Shown here: positions 9,522-18,845 of the stretch, one piece after another
Layout of the letters: each line of letters starts with the position of its first letter
How positions within the stretch are numbered: position 1 is the stretch's first letter
IMG/VR virus record: IMGVR_UViG_2716884901_000002
Location: 1,469-65,468 of that record
Source: a virus
Reading direction: 5' to 3' (one strand)
Length of the DNA: 64,000 nt
The notes under the pieces: model-generated
The model's input: only the letters and a program-made list of their open reading frames with translations
Database searches by the model: none
What the model was told of the DNA's origin: nothing
Made by a program: the position numbers and the translations under genes

Positions 9522-9946
9522 AATCCGCACTCCTGAATGTCGCGCTCGCGCTCCTGCTCGGCGGCGACGGCCTTGGCGGCAACCGGTCGCAGCAAGTCGG
9601 CGGCAATCTCCTTTAGCGCCTTGGGCCCGCCCACCAGGTAGGTGCAAAGCTCCATGATGAAGCCCTTGCTGCCTGTGCCCAGCCCGGCCATGACCAACTG
9701 CCCAAACGCGTCCTTCTGGTCCAGACCGTCGATCTGGCGGTTGTTCAGGTGGTCTTGCACTGCCCGGGCGAAGTCAGCCTGGGTGATCTCGCCGCGCTCG
9801 CCGCGATAACCCCAGCTGACCCGATAACCCAGGACCATCTGCGATGCGTGAGTTTCAATCCACTCCGCCTGGGCGGCGTCATCGTCGCTCACCGCCGGAG
9901 GCAACTGGTTGTCGTAGTGCCATTGTGCTGCTCGAAGTGCGCCCAT
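9518..9946 (-). CDS. Hypothetical phage protein (MGALRAAQWHYDNQLPP...)
   Basis: Strong RBS tggagg upstream of ATG 9946. Confidence 0.6.
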   Translation of the reverse strand: MGALRAAQWHYDNQLPPAVSDDDAAQAEWIETHASQMVLGYRVSWGYRGERGEITQADFARAVQDHLNNRQIDGLDQKDAFGQLVMAGLGTGSKGFIMELCTYLVGGPKALKEIAADLLRPVAAKAVAAEQERERDIQECGF

Positions 9947-10077
9947 GGCGTCCTCCAGGTTGGTTATGCGGCCGCATTGGCCAGGAGCCATGCGCGGGTG
10001 ACCAAACCCACCGTGAAAGGTGGCCTGGCGCCTGCCTAATGCGGTCGTTTGTGAAGGGAAGGGGGTGCGGGGTGCTG

Positions 10078-10623
10078 CTATTGGTGCATGGGCAGGCCAT
10101 GGGATGGCCCGAATCCGTACCGATTTTCGGCGGACTTCCTTGCGGCTGCCGCGTCGAAGATGTTGCTGAAGCTGCCAAGCCATTCGCGCTTGGAGTGCCT
10201 GATGATGAACGCGCCGTAGCTATTGCCGCAGCGGTGCAGGCGAACGCCGGTAACGCCCGATGAGTTACGAGCCTGCTTCCTGATGTTCATGTTGTTTTCG
10301 CGACGCGAAACAACGCGCAGGTTGCAGAGCCTATTGTCCAGGCCGTCACCGTTCAGGTGATCAACGTCCATTCCTTCGATGTTGGCGCCGTGCATCATTT
10401 TGATGACTCTATGGGCGAACATCTGCACGCCGCCAAGACGACATGTCAGGTAGGGGCGATTGGTTGGTCCGCGCATCGATCCGGCCGGGTTGCTGGCAAA
10501 TCTGCCATTCCATGAATTACAGGCTGCCTGACTCACGAAGTGCTCAACTGGACGATTTCGCCAAGTGAGCGCCCCAGTGTCCGGGCAATAGGAAAGGCAC
10601 GCGTTCAAGTATTCCTTGTCCAC
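10078..10623 (-). CDS. HNH homing endonuclease with C-terminal AP2-like DNA-binding region
   Basis: HRV...VDHLNGDGLDNRLCNLR...N HNH motif; NSSGVTGV...LGSF...AAAAR AP2-like tail; GTG start with ggag RBS. Confidence 0.85.
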   Translation of the reverse strand: MDKEYLNACLSYCPDTGALTWRNRPVEHFVSQAACNSWNGRFASNPAGSMRGPTNRPYLTCRLGGVQMFAHRVIKMMHGANIEGMDVDHLNGDGLDNRLCNLRVVSRRENNMNIRKQARNSSGVTGVRLHRCGNSYGAFIIRHSKREWLGSFSNIFDAAAARKSAENRYGFGPSHGLPMHQ

Positions 10624-10707
10624 GGCATATCTCCAGATTGAATTCAGAACCGATTCACCCTGCGATGGGGAGCAGGGCATCGGGCCGTCTTTCCGGCTGT
10701 CAGGGAA

Positions 10708-11106
10708 TCATTCGTGCAGCGTTGGATTGTCGAGCCCCTTACTTGCCCGCCAGTCATCGACAGATTCGTCGCCTTCCAGCGCGACCCTGGCAGCCATGGT
10801 CGCGGCCTGCACAGCCTCCTTGTAAACCTGCTTCCAAGGCTCATCCAGAAGCGCCTTGTTCAGCTCTCCTGCCTCCTCGTTGAAAGCCAGGCCCATCAGG
10901 CGGCGTCCAGGGAATAACTTCTGAGCCCGCATCACCTCGCACCGGACCGCGCGGATGAAACACTCTAGCTCGGCGTTCTCGCCATCCAAGTAGTTCTCAT
11001 GGATGCCGAGGGTGAACAGTGCGGTCTTCAGTCGAGCTGGATTGAAGATCATGTTTCGCGAGTCAGCGTTCTTGTGCAGGTAATCCAGCGCTTCTGCAGG
11101 TGTCAT
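10708..11106 (-). CDS. Putative MazG-like nucleotide pyrophosphohydrolase
   Basis: EEAGELNKALL...EAVQAATMAARV helical acidic motif pattern; start MTPAEAL with RBS. Confidence 0.5.
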   Translation of the reverse strand: MTPAEALDYLHKNADSRNMIFNPARLKTALFTLGIHENYLDGENAELECFIRAVRCEVMRAQKLFPGRRLMGLAFNEEAGELNKALLDEPWKQVYKEAVQAATMAARVALEGDESVDDWRASKGLDNPTLHE

Positions 11107-11172
11107 CGTCTTGCCCTCCAGGGCGGTTGATTTCCCGGCAGCCACTCGTGGGAATGGCTGCGAGTGAAATCG

Positions 11173-11394
11173 TCATACTTCGAACAGCTCTTGCTGATCA
11201 TCAGAGCGGCACCAATGCTGGAAGTAGTCGGCGTTAGCTAGATCTCGCGTCTCTCGAATCGGGGCACCGGGCACATCCCGTGCTACGTATCCGACCGGCC
11301 CTTCGAGTCGAAACCTGCCAATAGCTATCGAAGTTGCCTTGTCGTGGATACGTTGGCATTTCTGGCAAATATTCGGTTTTTCCGAATTTCTCAT
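11173..11394 (-). CDS. Small hypothetical protein with CxxC
   Basis: 73-aa ORF, CQKC; RBS tggag. Confidence 0.5.
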   Translation of the reverse strand: MRNSEKPNICQKCQRIHDKATSIAIGRFRLEGPVGYVARDVPGAPIRETRDLANADYFQHWCRSDDQQELFEV

Positions 11395-11458
11395 TTCGGC
11401 TTACTCCAGTAGATTCCCCCTGATGCGCCCCGCTTGAGGAGCACCGGGGAATCGTCTG

Positions 11459-11890
11459 TCACTTGTGTGCTTCGGGGTCTTTGACGTGCTTGTCGAACAG
11501 CTTCTTGTGGCGGCGAGCGAAGCGGGCCAAGTGGGCAATGGCGATGCCGGTGAACACGGCAATGGTTACTGGATAGAGCTTCACCATTACCAGCAATGCG
11601 AGAGGGGCAAGCGACAGCGCAAGGAATGGGTAGAAGAAGCCGCCTTCGCCATCAATGCGCCTGCCGTCGTCTCGCTGATATCCATACCGACAGCAGAACC
11701 CTTCGCCGGGGCCGAAGCCTCGATGCTTGTTCACCCACTGGATCAGCGGGTTCCGCCGAGGCGGCTTCGAATCATCCAGCCAAGCCCAAGTCCAAACCCA
11801 AGCCCAGCTAAGAAGGTAGAGAGCGAACCAAGCCAGACCAAGCAGCAGGCCAAGCCCGCAAGCCAGAGCAAAATAGTTTTCAAGCTGCAT
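11459..11890 (-). CDS. Membrane protein, first gene of the pL operon
   Basis: Several hydrophobic segments; RBS gagga. Confidence 0.55.
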   Translation of the reverse strand: MQLENYFALACGLGLLLGLAWFALYLLSWAWVWTWAWLDDSKPPRRNPLIQWVNKHRGFGPGEGFCCRYGYQRDDGRRIDGEGGFFYPFLALSLAPLALLVMVKLYPVTIAVFTGIAIAHLARFARRHKKLFDKHVKDPEAHK

Positions 11891-12118
11891 TCCTCATTCC
11901 TCGTTCGTTGACTTCCCTGATACCCCTCGCGAGAAGGGCATCGAGGAAATCTGTTTCTCTCTCAGGTGCCGGTCGCTTATCCGGCAAATGCGCTCCCTGC
12001 TTCGCTTGAGGTTTGCGCACCGCTTGAGTCCAACGGGTTTTGCCCAGAGGACACCTGATCGCACCAGAGCCCTGTTGGGGTGGTGGCCTGCTATGCCTGC
12101 AGGCTCGGCGGTCTTGGT

Positions 12119-12130
12119 TGTTAAAGAGCG
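12119..12130 (-). promoter_or_regulatory. boxA antitermination element (nutL-like)
   Basis: CGCTCTTTAACA on the minus strand, ~50 nt downstream of pL, followed by a GCCTGC/GCAGGC hairpin. Confidence 0.75.
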
Positions 12131-12181
12131 GTGAGGCTTGAGGGCCTCCCGAGGGGCTGTGTAGCGCCTCGGCATGGGCTT

Positions 12182-12210
12182 AGTAAACGCGATGTTTATA
12201 AACACGTCAA
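12182..12210 (-). promoter_or_regulatory. pL early promoter overlapped by a repressor operator
   Basis: TTGACG-N17-TTTACT on the minus strand; palindrome TAAAC-N5-GTTTA at 12184-12198. Confidence 0.7.
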
Positions 12211-12264
12211 CACCTTTTGTTTATTTTTGTTTATTGATCGGGAGATAGATCAAATCGCAGGCAC

Positions 12265-12290
12265 AAAAAAGCCCGCGCTAGGCGGGCTTC
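12265..12290 (-). terminator. Rho-independent terminator for the cI-lipoprotein transcript
   Basis: GCCCGC stem-loop followed by T6 on the minus strand. Confidence 0.75.
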
Positions 12291-12308
12291 TAGGGAATAT
12301 CAGCAGGT

Positions 12309-12809
12309 CTACTTGGTCAGCATTTCTTTGGTCTGCTTTCCGTCTGCAATGGTCACGATCTTGGCGACCACGCCACCCTGAGGGAGAAGGCCATATTGCG
12401 TAGGGGCTTGCCAGGTTACGGTGGAGCTGAGGAAGTAGTTTCCAGGAGGCAGGTCGGTGAAGGTGAAATTGCCGTTGCCATCAGCCTGGGTGTGGACCTG
12501 GCCCTGCCTGGCGCGAGGGTCCGGGCTCTCCAGTGTCCTGCCGGCGATATAGCTCTCTGCGTACCACTGCTTGGAGTAGGAGGTCACCGGCAATAGGTAG
12601 ACGTCGCTGCCTGCTCCAAATTTAACGTCTCCGCCAACTGTGCGCATGAACACCTGCCCAGTGAGTGCCCCGGTGCCAGTTTTCGGAAGCGCATCGTATT
12701 CGGCCGCAGGGAAGGGAATTCGCGGGACAGGCGCCTGTCTGGCAGGCTGAGGAATAGCGCAGGCCGACAAGGTACAGGCAAGAGCAATAGACGCAAAAAT
12801 CTTGTTCAT
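12309..12809 (-). CDS. Lipoprotein co-transcribed downstream of cI (candidate superinfection exclusion)
   Basis: Lipobox LSAC; beta-sandwich-like TQADGNGNFTFTDLPPGNYFL; immunity-region position. Confidence 0.7.
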   Translation of the reverse strand: MNKIFASIALACTLSACAIPQPARQAPVPRIPFPAAEYDALPKTGTGALTGQVFMRTVGGDVKFGAGSDVYLLPVTSYSKQWYAESYIAGRTLESPDPRARQGQVHTQADGNGNFTFTDLPPGNYFLSSTVTWQAPTQYGLLPQGGVVAKIVTIADGKQTKEMLTK

Positions 12810-12884
12810 TCGGGAATCAGCTCCAGGAGGCGATATGCCGAATCATAGCACCATGGCGCAAGGCCATGAGCCACTATTGCTGAG

Positions 12885-13610
12885 TTACCAGAGCACAGAA
12901 GACCAGAAGACCTTGCCCTTGATGACGATGTTCTGATCGATCATCTGCTGGGCGGTGTACTCCTCATCGGGATGCTCATCGCGATTGAAGCTGCGCATCC
13001 TTATTCCACCACCAGGTAGGCGATACAGCATCTTCACGCGCAGCTGGCCGTCGTGGTCGAGCGCATACATCTTTCCGTCCACCACGGACGTGCTGCCCTG
13101 ATCCACGCCCACGGTGCTCTTGTCCGGAAGCACTGGCTCCATGCTATTCCCGCTGACAGTCACGCACACCGCGTCGTCTGGCTGTACGCCCTGCTTACGA
13201 AGAGTCAGCTTGCCGAAGCGCAGCTTCTGCTTGTGCGACTGCTCCACGACGGTTCTGCCGCTGCCGGCCGACAGCTCCACTTCCTTGAGGAACGGCACAT
13301 ACACCTCGTCATCATCCAGTGGGGTGTCGTCATCCCAGACATCGAACGGGCCAAGCATCTCCGCGTCCGCTGGTGGCGGGGTAGGTGCAAGGCTCATGCC
13401 TGACGGATGAGACTGACCAGTTGTAAGCCAATGCTGATCAACCAGCAGCACTCGCGCAGCCTCGAAGATTGCCCGGGCGGGCATGCCGCGCTTGAACCAG
13501 TTGTTCAAAACCTGAGGCGAGACCCCAAGAGACTCCGCAACACCTTTCGGTGTGAGCCCCTGCTCTCGCATGAATTGTCGCAGGCGATCGCCTGAATGTT
13601 GATTCGTCAT
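12885..13610 (-). CDS. cI: CI-like repressor (HTH + S24 autopeptidase)
   Basis: N-terminal HTH; VSGNSMEP catalytic Ser, RVK Lys, VELSAG cleavage site. Confidence 0.92.
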   Translation of the reverse strand: MTNQHSGDRLRQFMREQGLTPKGVAESLGVSPQVLNNWFKRGMPARAIFEAARVLLVDQHWLTTGQSHPSGMSLAPTPPPADAEMLGPFDVWDDDTPLDDDEVYVPFLKEVELSAGSGRTVVEQSHKQKLRFGKLTLRKQGVQPDDAVCVTVSGNSMEPVLPDKSTVGVDQGSTSVVDGKMYALDHDGQLRVKMLYRLPGGGIRMRSFNRDEHPDEEYTAQQMIDQNIVIKGKVFWSSVLW

Positions 13611-13662
13611 AAACGAGAAGTTTACCGGGCTTGCGTTGTTTATTAAATAAACGTATTGTTGA
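13610..13662 (+). promoter_or_regulatory. OR operators and pR promoter
   Basis: TAAAC-N5-GTTTA at 13610-13624 and TAAAC-N5-GTTGA at 13648-13662; TTGCGT-N17-TATTGT at 13631-13659. Confidence 0.7.
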
Positions 13663-13693
13663 ATCGTGTTTATTCGCCCAAGGCGGAATGTTT

Positions 13694-13897
13694 ATGAATC
13701 CCACACCTCTGGAACGCGCAATCCACGCTGCTGGATCAGGGAAGGCCCTGGCCGAGATGCTGGGCGTTACGCCGATGGCTGTTTCCTATTGGAAGACCAG
13801 AGGTGTACCGGCTCGCCAGGCTCTCCCGATCGAGAAGGCCACCGGCGTTTCTCGGCATGAACTGCGCCCCGACCTCTATCCAGCCGAAGCTGCTTAA
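13694..13897 (+). CDS. cro: Cro/YdaS-like repressor
   Basis: Short HTH protein divergent from cI, ending in ELRPDLY. Confidence 0.85.
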   Translation: MNPTPLERAIHAAGSGKALAEMLGVTPMAVSYWKTRGVPARQALPIEKATGVSRHELRPDLYPAEAA

Positions 13898-13929
13898 CCA
13901 ATCTCATAGCCGCAAGGAGCCACAACAGC

Positions 13930-14133
13930 ATGTACCAAGACCCCAGCCAGAAGCGCGCCATACCGGTGAAGGTTCGTTTCGAACCTGTGCTTGACCGGAT
14001 TCTCCGGAGGGCTGCGAGCAAGACCCGAATGCAGCACGCCACCTATCTGTACGAAATCATCGAATGGGCCGTAGCCAACGGCGTTATCGAAGAGCTGATG
14101 CAGGACAAGCAGCAAGAAGATATCGCGGGCTGA
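13930..14133 (+). CDS. Small ribbon-helix-helix-like/CII-position protein
   Basis: 67-aa ORF after cro with RBS aaggag. Confidence 0.6.
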   Translation: MYQDPSQKRAIPVKVRFEPVLDRILRRAASKTRMQHATYLYEIIEWAVANGVIEELMQDKQQEDIAG

Positions 14134-14152
14134 AGGCCCTTTGGAGGCCTAA

Positions 14153-14365
14153 ATGACCGTGCAGCTTGATCAGCTGCCGCCAGATGTGCGGCAGCGAATA
14201 GAGGGGCTGATGAGGGCCAATGACTGGGACTTCAACACTGCAATGAATCAGGTGTTCGAAGCAGCTGTTGCCAGTGGCGCTCTTTCAGTGGTTGGCCGCC
14301 GTAAGGCCAAAGTCCTGCAGTTGGTGGCCCCAATGAGGGCCTCACCGAGGGACTCTTCAGGGTAG
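14153..14365 (+). CDS. Hypothetical phage protein
   Basis: 70-aa ORF, RBS ggagg. Confidence 0.6.
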   Translation: MTVQLDQLPPDVRQRIEGLMRANDWDFNTAMNQVFEAAVASGALSVVGRRKAKVLQLVAPMRASPRDSSG

Positions 14366-14452
14366 GGCAGAGGCCCTCTCTGAATTACAGGCACAAAAAA
14401 GCCGGGATTGCGGCCCGGCTCTCTGCTTCACATAAAACTCTTGAGGTGAATT

Positions 14453-15316
14453 ATGCATCTGCAGGAATCCAGTATACAAGCCCCCTCGAATCTCGCGCCA
14501 CAAAATGCGAACCACGATTTCGTGGCGCGGACAGTAAATCTGTTTAATTTCGAGGGCTTCGACGTCCGTGTCGTGCTCATTGATGGTGAGCCGTGGTTCT
14601 CTGCCAGGGACGTAGCCGAAGGCCTCGGCTACTCCAATCCACAGAAAGCAGTGCGCGACCACTGCAAATGCCTGCGCCCGGTGGGGGTGAACGATTCGTT
14701 CACCCTTGGGCCATCGGCAAACATCATCCCTGAGCGTGACGTCTACCGCCTGGTAATGCGCTCCAAGATGCCTCAAGCCGAACGCTTCGAGGAATGGGTA
14801 GTGGGCGAAGTTCTGCCCAGCATTCGCAAAACCGGTGGATATAGCGCGCCGGCCCAGCCCGCCGACCTCAGCAAGCTGGAAATCCTTCAGATGGCCTTGG
14901 AGTCGGAGAAGGCCCGCGTGTTGCTCACCGTCCAGGTCGAGGCCCAGGCCAAGAAAATCGACCACTTGGAGAACCTGTTCAAGGAAGGCATGAGCCACGT
15001 TCAGTTCTGCAAGGGCCTCAATGGGGTCAACATCATGCAGGTGGGCCATTTCCTTGAGCGTCGCAACTGGCTCTACAACGAGAGCAAGTCCGGTACCCGG
15101 TACCGCGTCGCCGCCTACGCCCGCGACAAGTACATGACCGAGCACCAGCACGAAGTCACCCCGCACGGGAAAGACGCCTTTATCAGCTACACACCGATCC
15201 TGCTGCGCAAGGGCGCGACTCGCCTGTACGAATTGTACCTAGCGGGCGACTTGCCCATGAAGAAGAACTGGGATGGCCTGCACACCCACGACAAGGCCGT
15301 GCGGGGTGCAGCATGA
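14453..15316 (+). CDS. Bro-N domain antirepressor
   Basis: FEGFDVRVVLIDGEPWFSARDVAEGLGY...IPERDVYRLVMRS...AERFEEWV Bro-N signature plus C-terminal antirepressor domain. Confidence 0.88.
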   Translation: MHLQESSIQAPSNLAPQNANHDFVARTVNLFNFEGFDVRVVLIDGEPWFSARDVAEGLGYSNPQKAVRDHCKCLRPVGVNDSFTLGPSANIIPERDVYRLVMRSKMPQAERFEEWVVGEVLPSIRKTGGYSAPAQPADLSKLEILQMALESEKARVLLTVQVEAQAKKIDHLENLFKEGMSHVQFCKGLNGVNIMQVGHFLERRNWLYNESKSGTRYRVAAYARDKYMTEHQHEVTPHGKDAFISYTPILLRKGATRLYELYLAGDLPMKKNWDGLHTHDKAVRGAA

Positions 15317-15780
15317 GCATCGACATCAAAGAGCTGAAGAGGCTCGCCCGGAAAGTCGCAGAGTGCGAGGACCGGCCTGAGATTGCTGACGAGCACGCCG
15401 AAGCTGCCGATGCGCTCTGGCTGCACATGCACTGCCACACCATCCTGGGGCTGATCGAGGAGATCGAGCGCCGCGATGAGAACCCCAATTTCCGGGCAGT
15501 CCAATCGGCGCGACAGGAGGCGGAAAAGCTCAAGGCCGAGAACGAGTGGCTGCAGAAGGCACGCATTCCCGCTGGATTCTACCGAGAGCTTCTGGCTCTG
15601 CGCGAACTCCGCGACAAGGCCAAGGCCTACGTCGAAGGTTATCTGCAGGACGAAATCGAGGATATCGACGCCTGCGTTTCTGAGGGTCAGCACATAGCTG
15701 CTTTGGAGCTTTGCGGCCGGCTTAAGGATGCGTTCGAGTCGTACTGGGATGCGGCCATGACCCAGGAGCGCGGCCAATGA
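15313..15780 (+). CDS. Ead/Ea22-like protein
   Basis: MSIDIKELKRLA...TILGLIEEIER...LKAENE pattern. Confidence 0.55.
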   Translation: MSIDIKELKRLARKVAECEDRPEIADEHAEAADALWLHMHCHTILGLIEEIERRDENPNFRAVQSARQEAEKLKAENEWLQKARIPAGFYRELLALRELRDKAKAYVEGYLQDEIEDIDACVSEGQHIAALELCGRLKDAFESYWDAAMTQERGQ

Positions 15781-16703
15781 GCATGGAGCTGATGGTCAAG
15801 GCCATGAAGACCAAGGTCGGCAATCCGCTGCGCAAGCTCGTGCTCATCAAGCTGGCCGACAACGCCAATGACATGGGCGAGTGCTGGCCGTCGTATCAGC
15901 ATGTCGCTGACCAGTGCGAGATAGCACGCTCGACAGTGAAGTCGCATATCCGTGAGCTGGAGAAGGCCGGCCTCGTGCGCCGAGAGTACCGCCGTAAGGG
16001 TGAGTTGAACCAGTCCAACCTGTTCCACCTGAACCTAGATGGTGGGTTTTCTCCTGCCCCAGGTGGTGGGGCGGCAGATGACCTACCCCGGTCGGCAGAA
16101 AACCCAGGTGGGGCGGTGGATGACCTACCTAGGGCAGAAGATGACCTAGGGGGTGGGGCGGCAGATGACCCCAGAACCAGTCACTCTTTTGAAGCAGTAA
16201 TAGAACCAGTCACTGAACCGGTTGCGACGCAGGCTGAAGCCGTGGTCGCGGAGGGCGTGGTGGTGCCTTTCGTTGCCCAGCAACCGCGCTGCGAAATCCC
16301 TGCCGATATGCCTGGCCCGAAAGACCCTGCATGCAAGACCTTCAAGGCCTGGGCGAACTACGCCATGGCCTACCGCAAGCGCTACCACGCGTGGCCGGTG
16401 TGGAACGCCAAGGCCGGCGGCCAGGTTGGCCAGCTGATCAGCCGGCTTGGCATCGATGCTGCCCACCATGTGGCTGCGTACTTCCTGACGATCAACGACG
16501 CTCGCCTGATCAACGGCTGCCACAACCTGGGCGACCTGCTGGCCAAGGCCGAGGCCTACCACACCCAGTGGGTCACCAACCGCCAAATGAACGCTACGAC
16601 TGCCCGCCAGCAAGAGCAGACCCAGGCGAACATCAACGCGGCGCAGGAGGCGGCCGACGCGATCCTCAACGGCAAGGGAGGGCAGCGCAATGCTTTCCTC
16701 TGA
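15777..16703 (+). CDS. Replication initiation protein (O-like, N-terminal HTH)
   Basis: KLVLIKLADNAND.G.CWPSY..A..CE.....V...I..LE.AGLV HTH pattern; internal iterons. Confidence 0.85.
   Translation: MSMELMVKAMKTKVGNPLRKLVLIKLADNANDMGECWPSYQHVADQCEIARSTVKSHIRELEKAGLVRREYRRKGELNQSNLFHLNLDGGFSPAPGGGAADDLPRSAENPGGAVDDLPRAEDDLGGGAADDPRTSHSFEAVIEPVTEPVATQAEAVVAEGVVVPFVAQQPRCEIPADMPGPKDPACKTFKAWANYAMAYRKRYHAWPVWNAKAGGQVGQLISRLGIDAAHHVAAYFLTINDARLINGCHNLGDLLAKAEAYHTQWVTNRQMNATTARQQEQTQANINAAQEAADAILNGKGGQRNAFL
16065..16170 (+). repeat. Iteron-like direct repeats (probable origin) inside the replication gene
   Basis: GGTGGGGCGG(CA/TG)GATGACC at 16065, 16107 and 16152, with degenerate units between; ~21-bp period. 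Confidence 0.75.
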
Positions 16704-17496
16704 GCAACAAGCCGAACTGGCCGGTGCAATCTGCGCGACTGCCGAGGCAATGGGACAGACCATCAGCTCTGGAGGCGCTCAGCTCATCGCTGAGGACCTT
16801 TCGGCTTATGAGCCTGGCGTGATCATTGGCGCGCTGCGCGCGTGCCGTAGAGAGCCTGCTGGGCGCCTTTCGCTCGGAATGGTCCTCAAGCACATCCACG
16901 CGGCTGACACCCGCCCCGGAAAGGATGAGGCGTGGTCGATCGCCCTGGCAGCCAGTGACGAGCATGAAACGGTCGTGCTCACCACTGAAATCCGCCAGGC
17001 CATGATCGCTTCGGAGCCCATCCTCGTGGCCGGCGACAAGGTCGGCGCCCGGATGGCGTTCATGAGCGCCTACGAGCGCCTGGTCAGCTTCGCCCGGGCC
17101 GAGGATCAGCCAGCCAAGTGGGAGGTGTCGCTGGGTTACGACCAGGGCCGCCGCGTGACCGCGATCGAGTCGGCCGTCCGCGCCCAGCTCATCACTCACG
17201 AGACCGGGGCCAAGTACCTGGCCGACTTGCGTATCGCACCAATCACCCAGGATGGCCAGGCCATTGCCGGCCTGCTCACCGGCGAGGTGCGCCCGCAGGC
17301 CAGCGCCAAGACCAGGGAAAAGCTCGCCGAGGTGCGCTGCATCCTCAAGGCGGCCAAGGCCAAGAAAGACCGCGAGCGCGCCAAGGAAGACCAGCGCCGT
17401 CGAATCGAAACCTACCTGCGCAAGCGGCAGACACGCGCCGCAGTCGCTCAGTTGAACATCAAGCGCGCCGGGCAGCCGGCCGGGGAGGGGGTGTGA
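16690..17496 (+). CDS. Replication accessory protein (P/helicase-loader position)
   Basis: Overlaps the end of the O-like gene; position only. Confidence 0.6.
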   Translation: MLSSEQQAELAGAICATAEAMGQTISSGGAQLIAEDLSAYEPGVIIGALRACRREPAGRLSLGMVLKHIHAADTRPGKDEAWSIALAASDEHETVVLTTEIRQAMIASEPILVAGDKVGARMAFMSAYERLVSFARAEDQPAKWEVSLGYDQGRRVTAIESAVRAQLITHETGAKYLADLRIAPITQDGQAIAGLLTGEVRPQASAKTREKLAEVRCILKAAKAKKDRERAKEDQRRRIETYLRKRQTRAAVAQLNIKRAGQPAGEGV

Positions 17497-17753
17497 GCCT
17501 ATTCCAGTGTGAGGAGTGCGGTTGCCGCGACAACACCGCTACCAGCGGCTACTGGTTCCGCAACGACAAGGGAAACCCATGTCAAGGCCGCAAGCTATGC
17601 GCGGCCTGCGACCCAAGCATCGGCAAGTGGCATGGCGTGTTCAAGCGTGAATACCTGCCCAAGGGCGAGTTCTTCACCAACCGCCAAGGGAATCTTGAGC
17701 ACAAGACCACCGGCAAGCTTTGCCACGAGTACCTGGCCCAGGAGAAGCACTGA
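17493..17753 (+). CDS. Small Cys-rich zinc-binding protein
   Basis: GTG start by GTGA overlap; CEECGC and CAAC. Confidence 0.6.
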   Translation: MSLFQCEECGCRDNTATSGYWFRNDKGNPCQGRKLCAACDPSIGKWHGVFKREYLPKGEFFTNRQGNLEHKTTGKLCHEYLAQEKH

Positions 17754-18382
17754 TGGACACCAACAAGATGCGTGACCTGAAAGCGCTGGCCGAGGCTGCC
17801 ACTCAAAGCCACGGGGCTCGGCGGGTAGAAGTTGACCACAACGGCGTGCACGTGATCGGTGACGGTAGCTGGAAAATCCTGAGTGCGTGGCACACCCCTG
17901 ATGGAAAGGGCGCCCAGAACGCTGAGTTCGCTGCTGCCGCCAGCCCGGCTACGGTTCTTGCCCTGCTCGCGGAGATCGAGCGGCTGGCGACCAGTCGCAG
18001 CAAAAAGGAGCGAGAGCTTGAACAAGAGCTTGAAACCTGGCGCCACGGACCATTCTGCTGGACCTGCGGCGACACCGGCGACGTGCACGACATCACCGGG
18101 GAATGGCGAGGCGAATGCGATTGCCTCTCTGCTCAGCTCATCAACGCCAATCGAGAGCGCGACCAGCTCAAGGCCGAGAACGAGGCGCTTCGCAGCCTGG
18201 TCCTTTCCGCGCTCGAGGAGGGTAATGGGCGCCTCAGTAGCGGCGGCAATGCGCCCGGCCACTGCCACGAGGTGCCAGGTGTATGGGATCGCGGGAACGG
18301 GGATCGGTCGGGCACGCCATGTGGCTGGTGCCGAATCAGGAACGCCGCCCAGGCCATGGCCAAGGAGGCACCCAATGGTTGA
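17753..18382 (+). CDS. Ead/Ea22-like protein with CxxC insert
   Basis: DLKALAEAAT...NAEFAAAASPATVLALLAEIER...QLKAENEALR. Confidence 0.65.
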   Translation: MDTNKMRDLKALAEAATQSHGARRVEVDHNGVHVIGDGSWKILSAWHTPDGKGAQNAEFAAAASPATVLALLAEIERLATSRSKKERELEQELETWRHGPFCWTCGDTGDVHDITGEWRGECDCLSAQLINANRERDQLKAENEALRSLVLSALEEGNGRLSSGGNAPGHCHEVPGVWDRGNGDRSGTPCGWCRIRNAAQAMAKEAPNG

Positions 18383-18845
18383 GAAAATCTCCGTCAACTC
18401 TCAGGCCAAGCTTTCCGAGGCCGTGACCATGCTCACCCGCTTGTTCCGCGACAAGAAGTTTGTCGTGGTCAGCATGCGCCCGGGCAAGGACCGCACCCTG
18501 GACCAGAACGCTTTGTGGTTCGCCATGTACGACCGGATTGCCAAGAGCACCGAGATGGGCGACATCGACGATGTGCGCCGGTACTGCAAGCTGCACTTCG
18601 GCGTGCCGATCATGCGCGCCGGCTGCGACGAGTTCCGCACCGGCTGGGCCGAGTCGTTCATCCACCTTCCGTATGAGGTGAAGCTTCGCCTGATGGGGCC
18701 GTGCGCCATGTTCGGGCCGGATGGATTCCCGGTCACCCGGCTGTTCGACCGTGCCCAGGGCTGTCAGTACACCGACCGCATCCTGGCCGAGTTCACGGCT
18801 AGGGGTGTGTTCTTCGGTGATTTGGTGGGCGAGGTGGCGGCATGA
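18375..18845 (+). CDS. ninB: NinB/Orf-like recombination mediator
   Basis: KDRTLDQNALWFAM motif; nin-region position. Confidence 0.7.
   Translation: MVEKISVNSQAKLSEAVTMLTRLFRDKKFVVVSMRPGKDRTLDQNALWFAMYDRIAKSTEMGDIDDVRRYCKLHFGVPIMRAGCDEFRTGWAESFIHLPYEVKLRLMGPCAMFGPDGFPVTRLFDRAQGCQYTDRILAEFTARGVFFGDLVGEVAA

Noticed and set aside
11894-12205. 103-aa ORF across the pL leader
   Set aside because: Overlaps the pL promoter, operator and boxA; no RBS; better explained as regulatory RNA leader
14278-14287. CGCTCTTTCA as a possible nutR boxA
   Set aside because: Imperfect, lies inside a coding sequence, and has no adjacent boxB-like hairpin
16065-16170. Short direct repeats as a possible CRISPR array
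   Set aside because: ~21-bp period with no unique spacers, inside the replication gene, and no cas genes; iterons explain it
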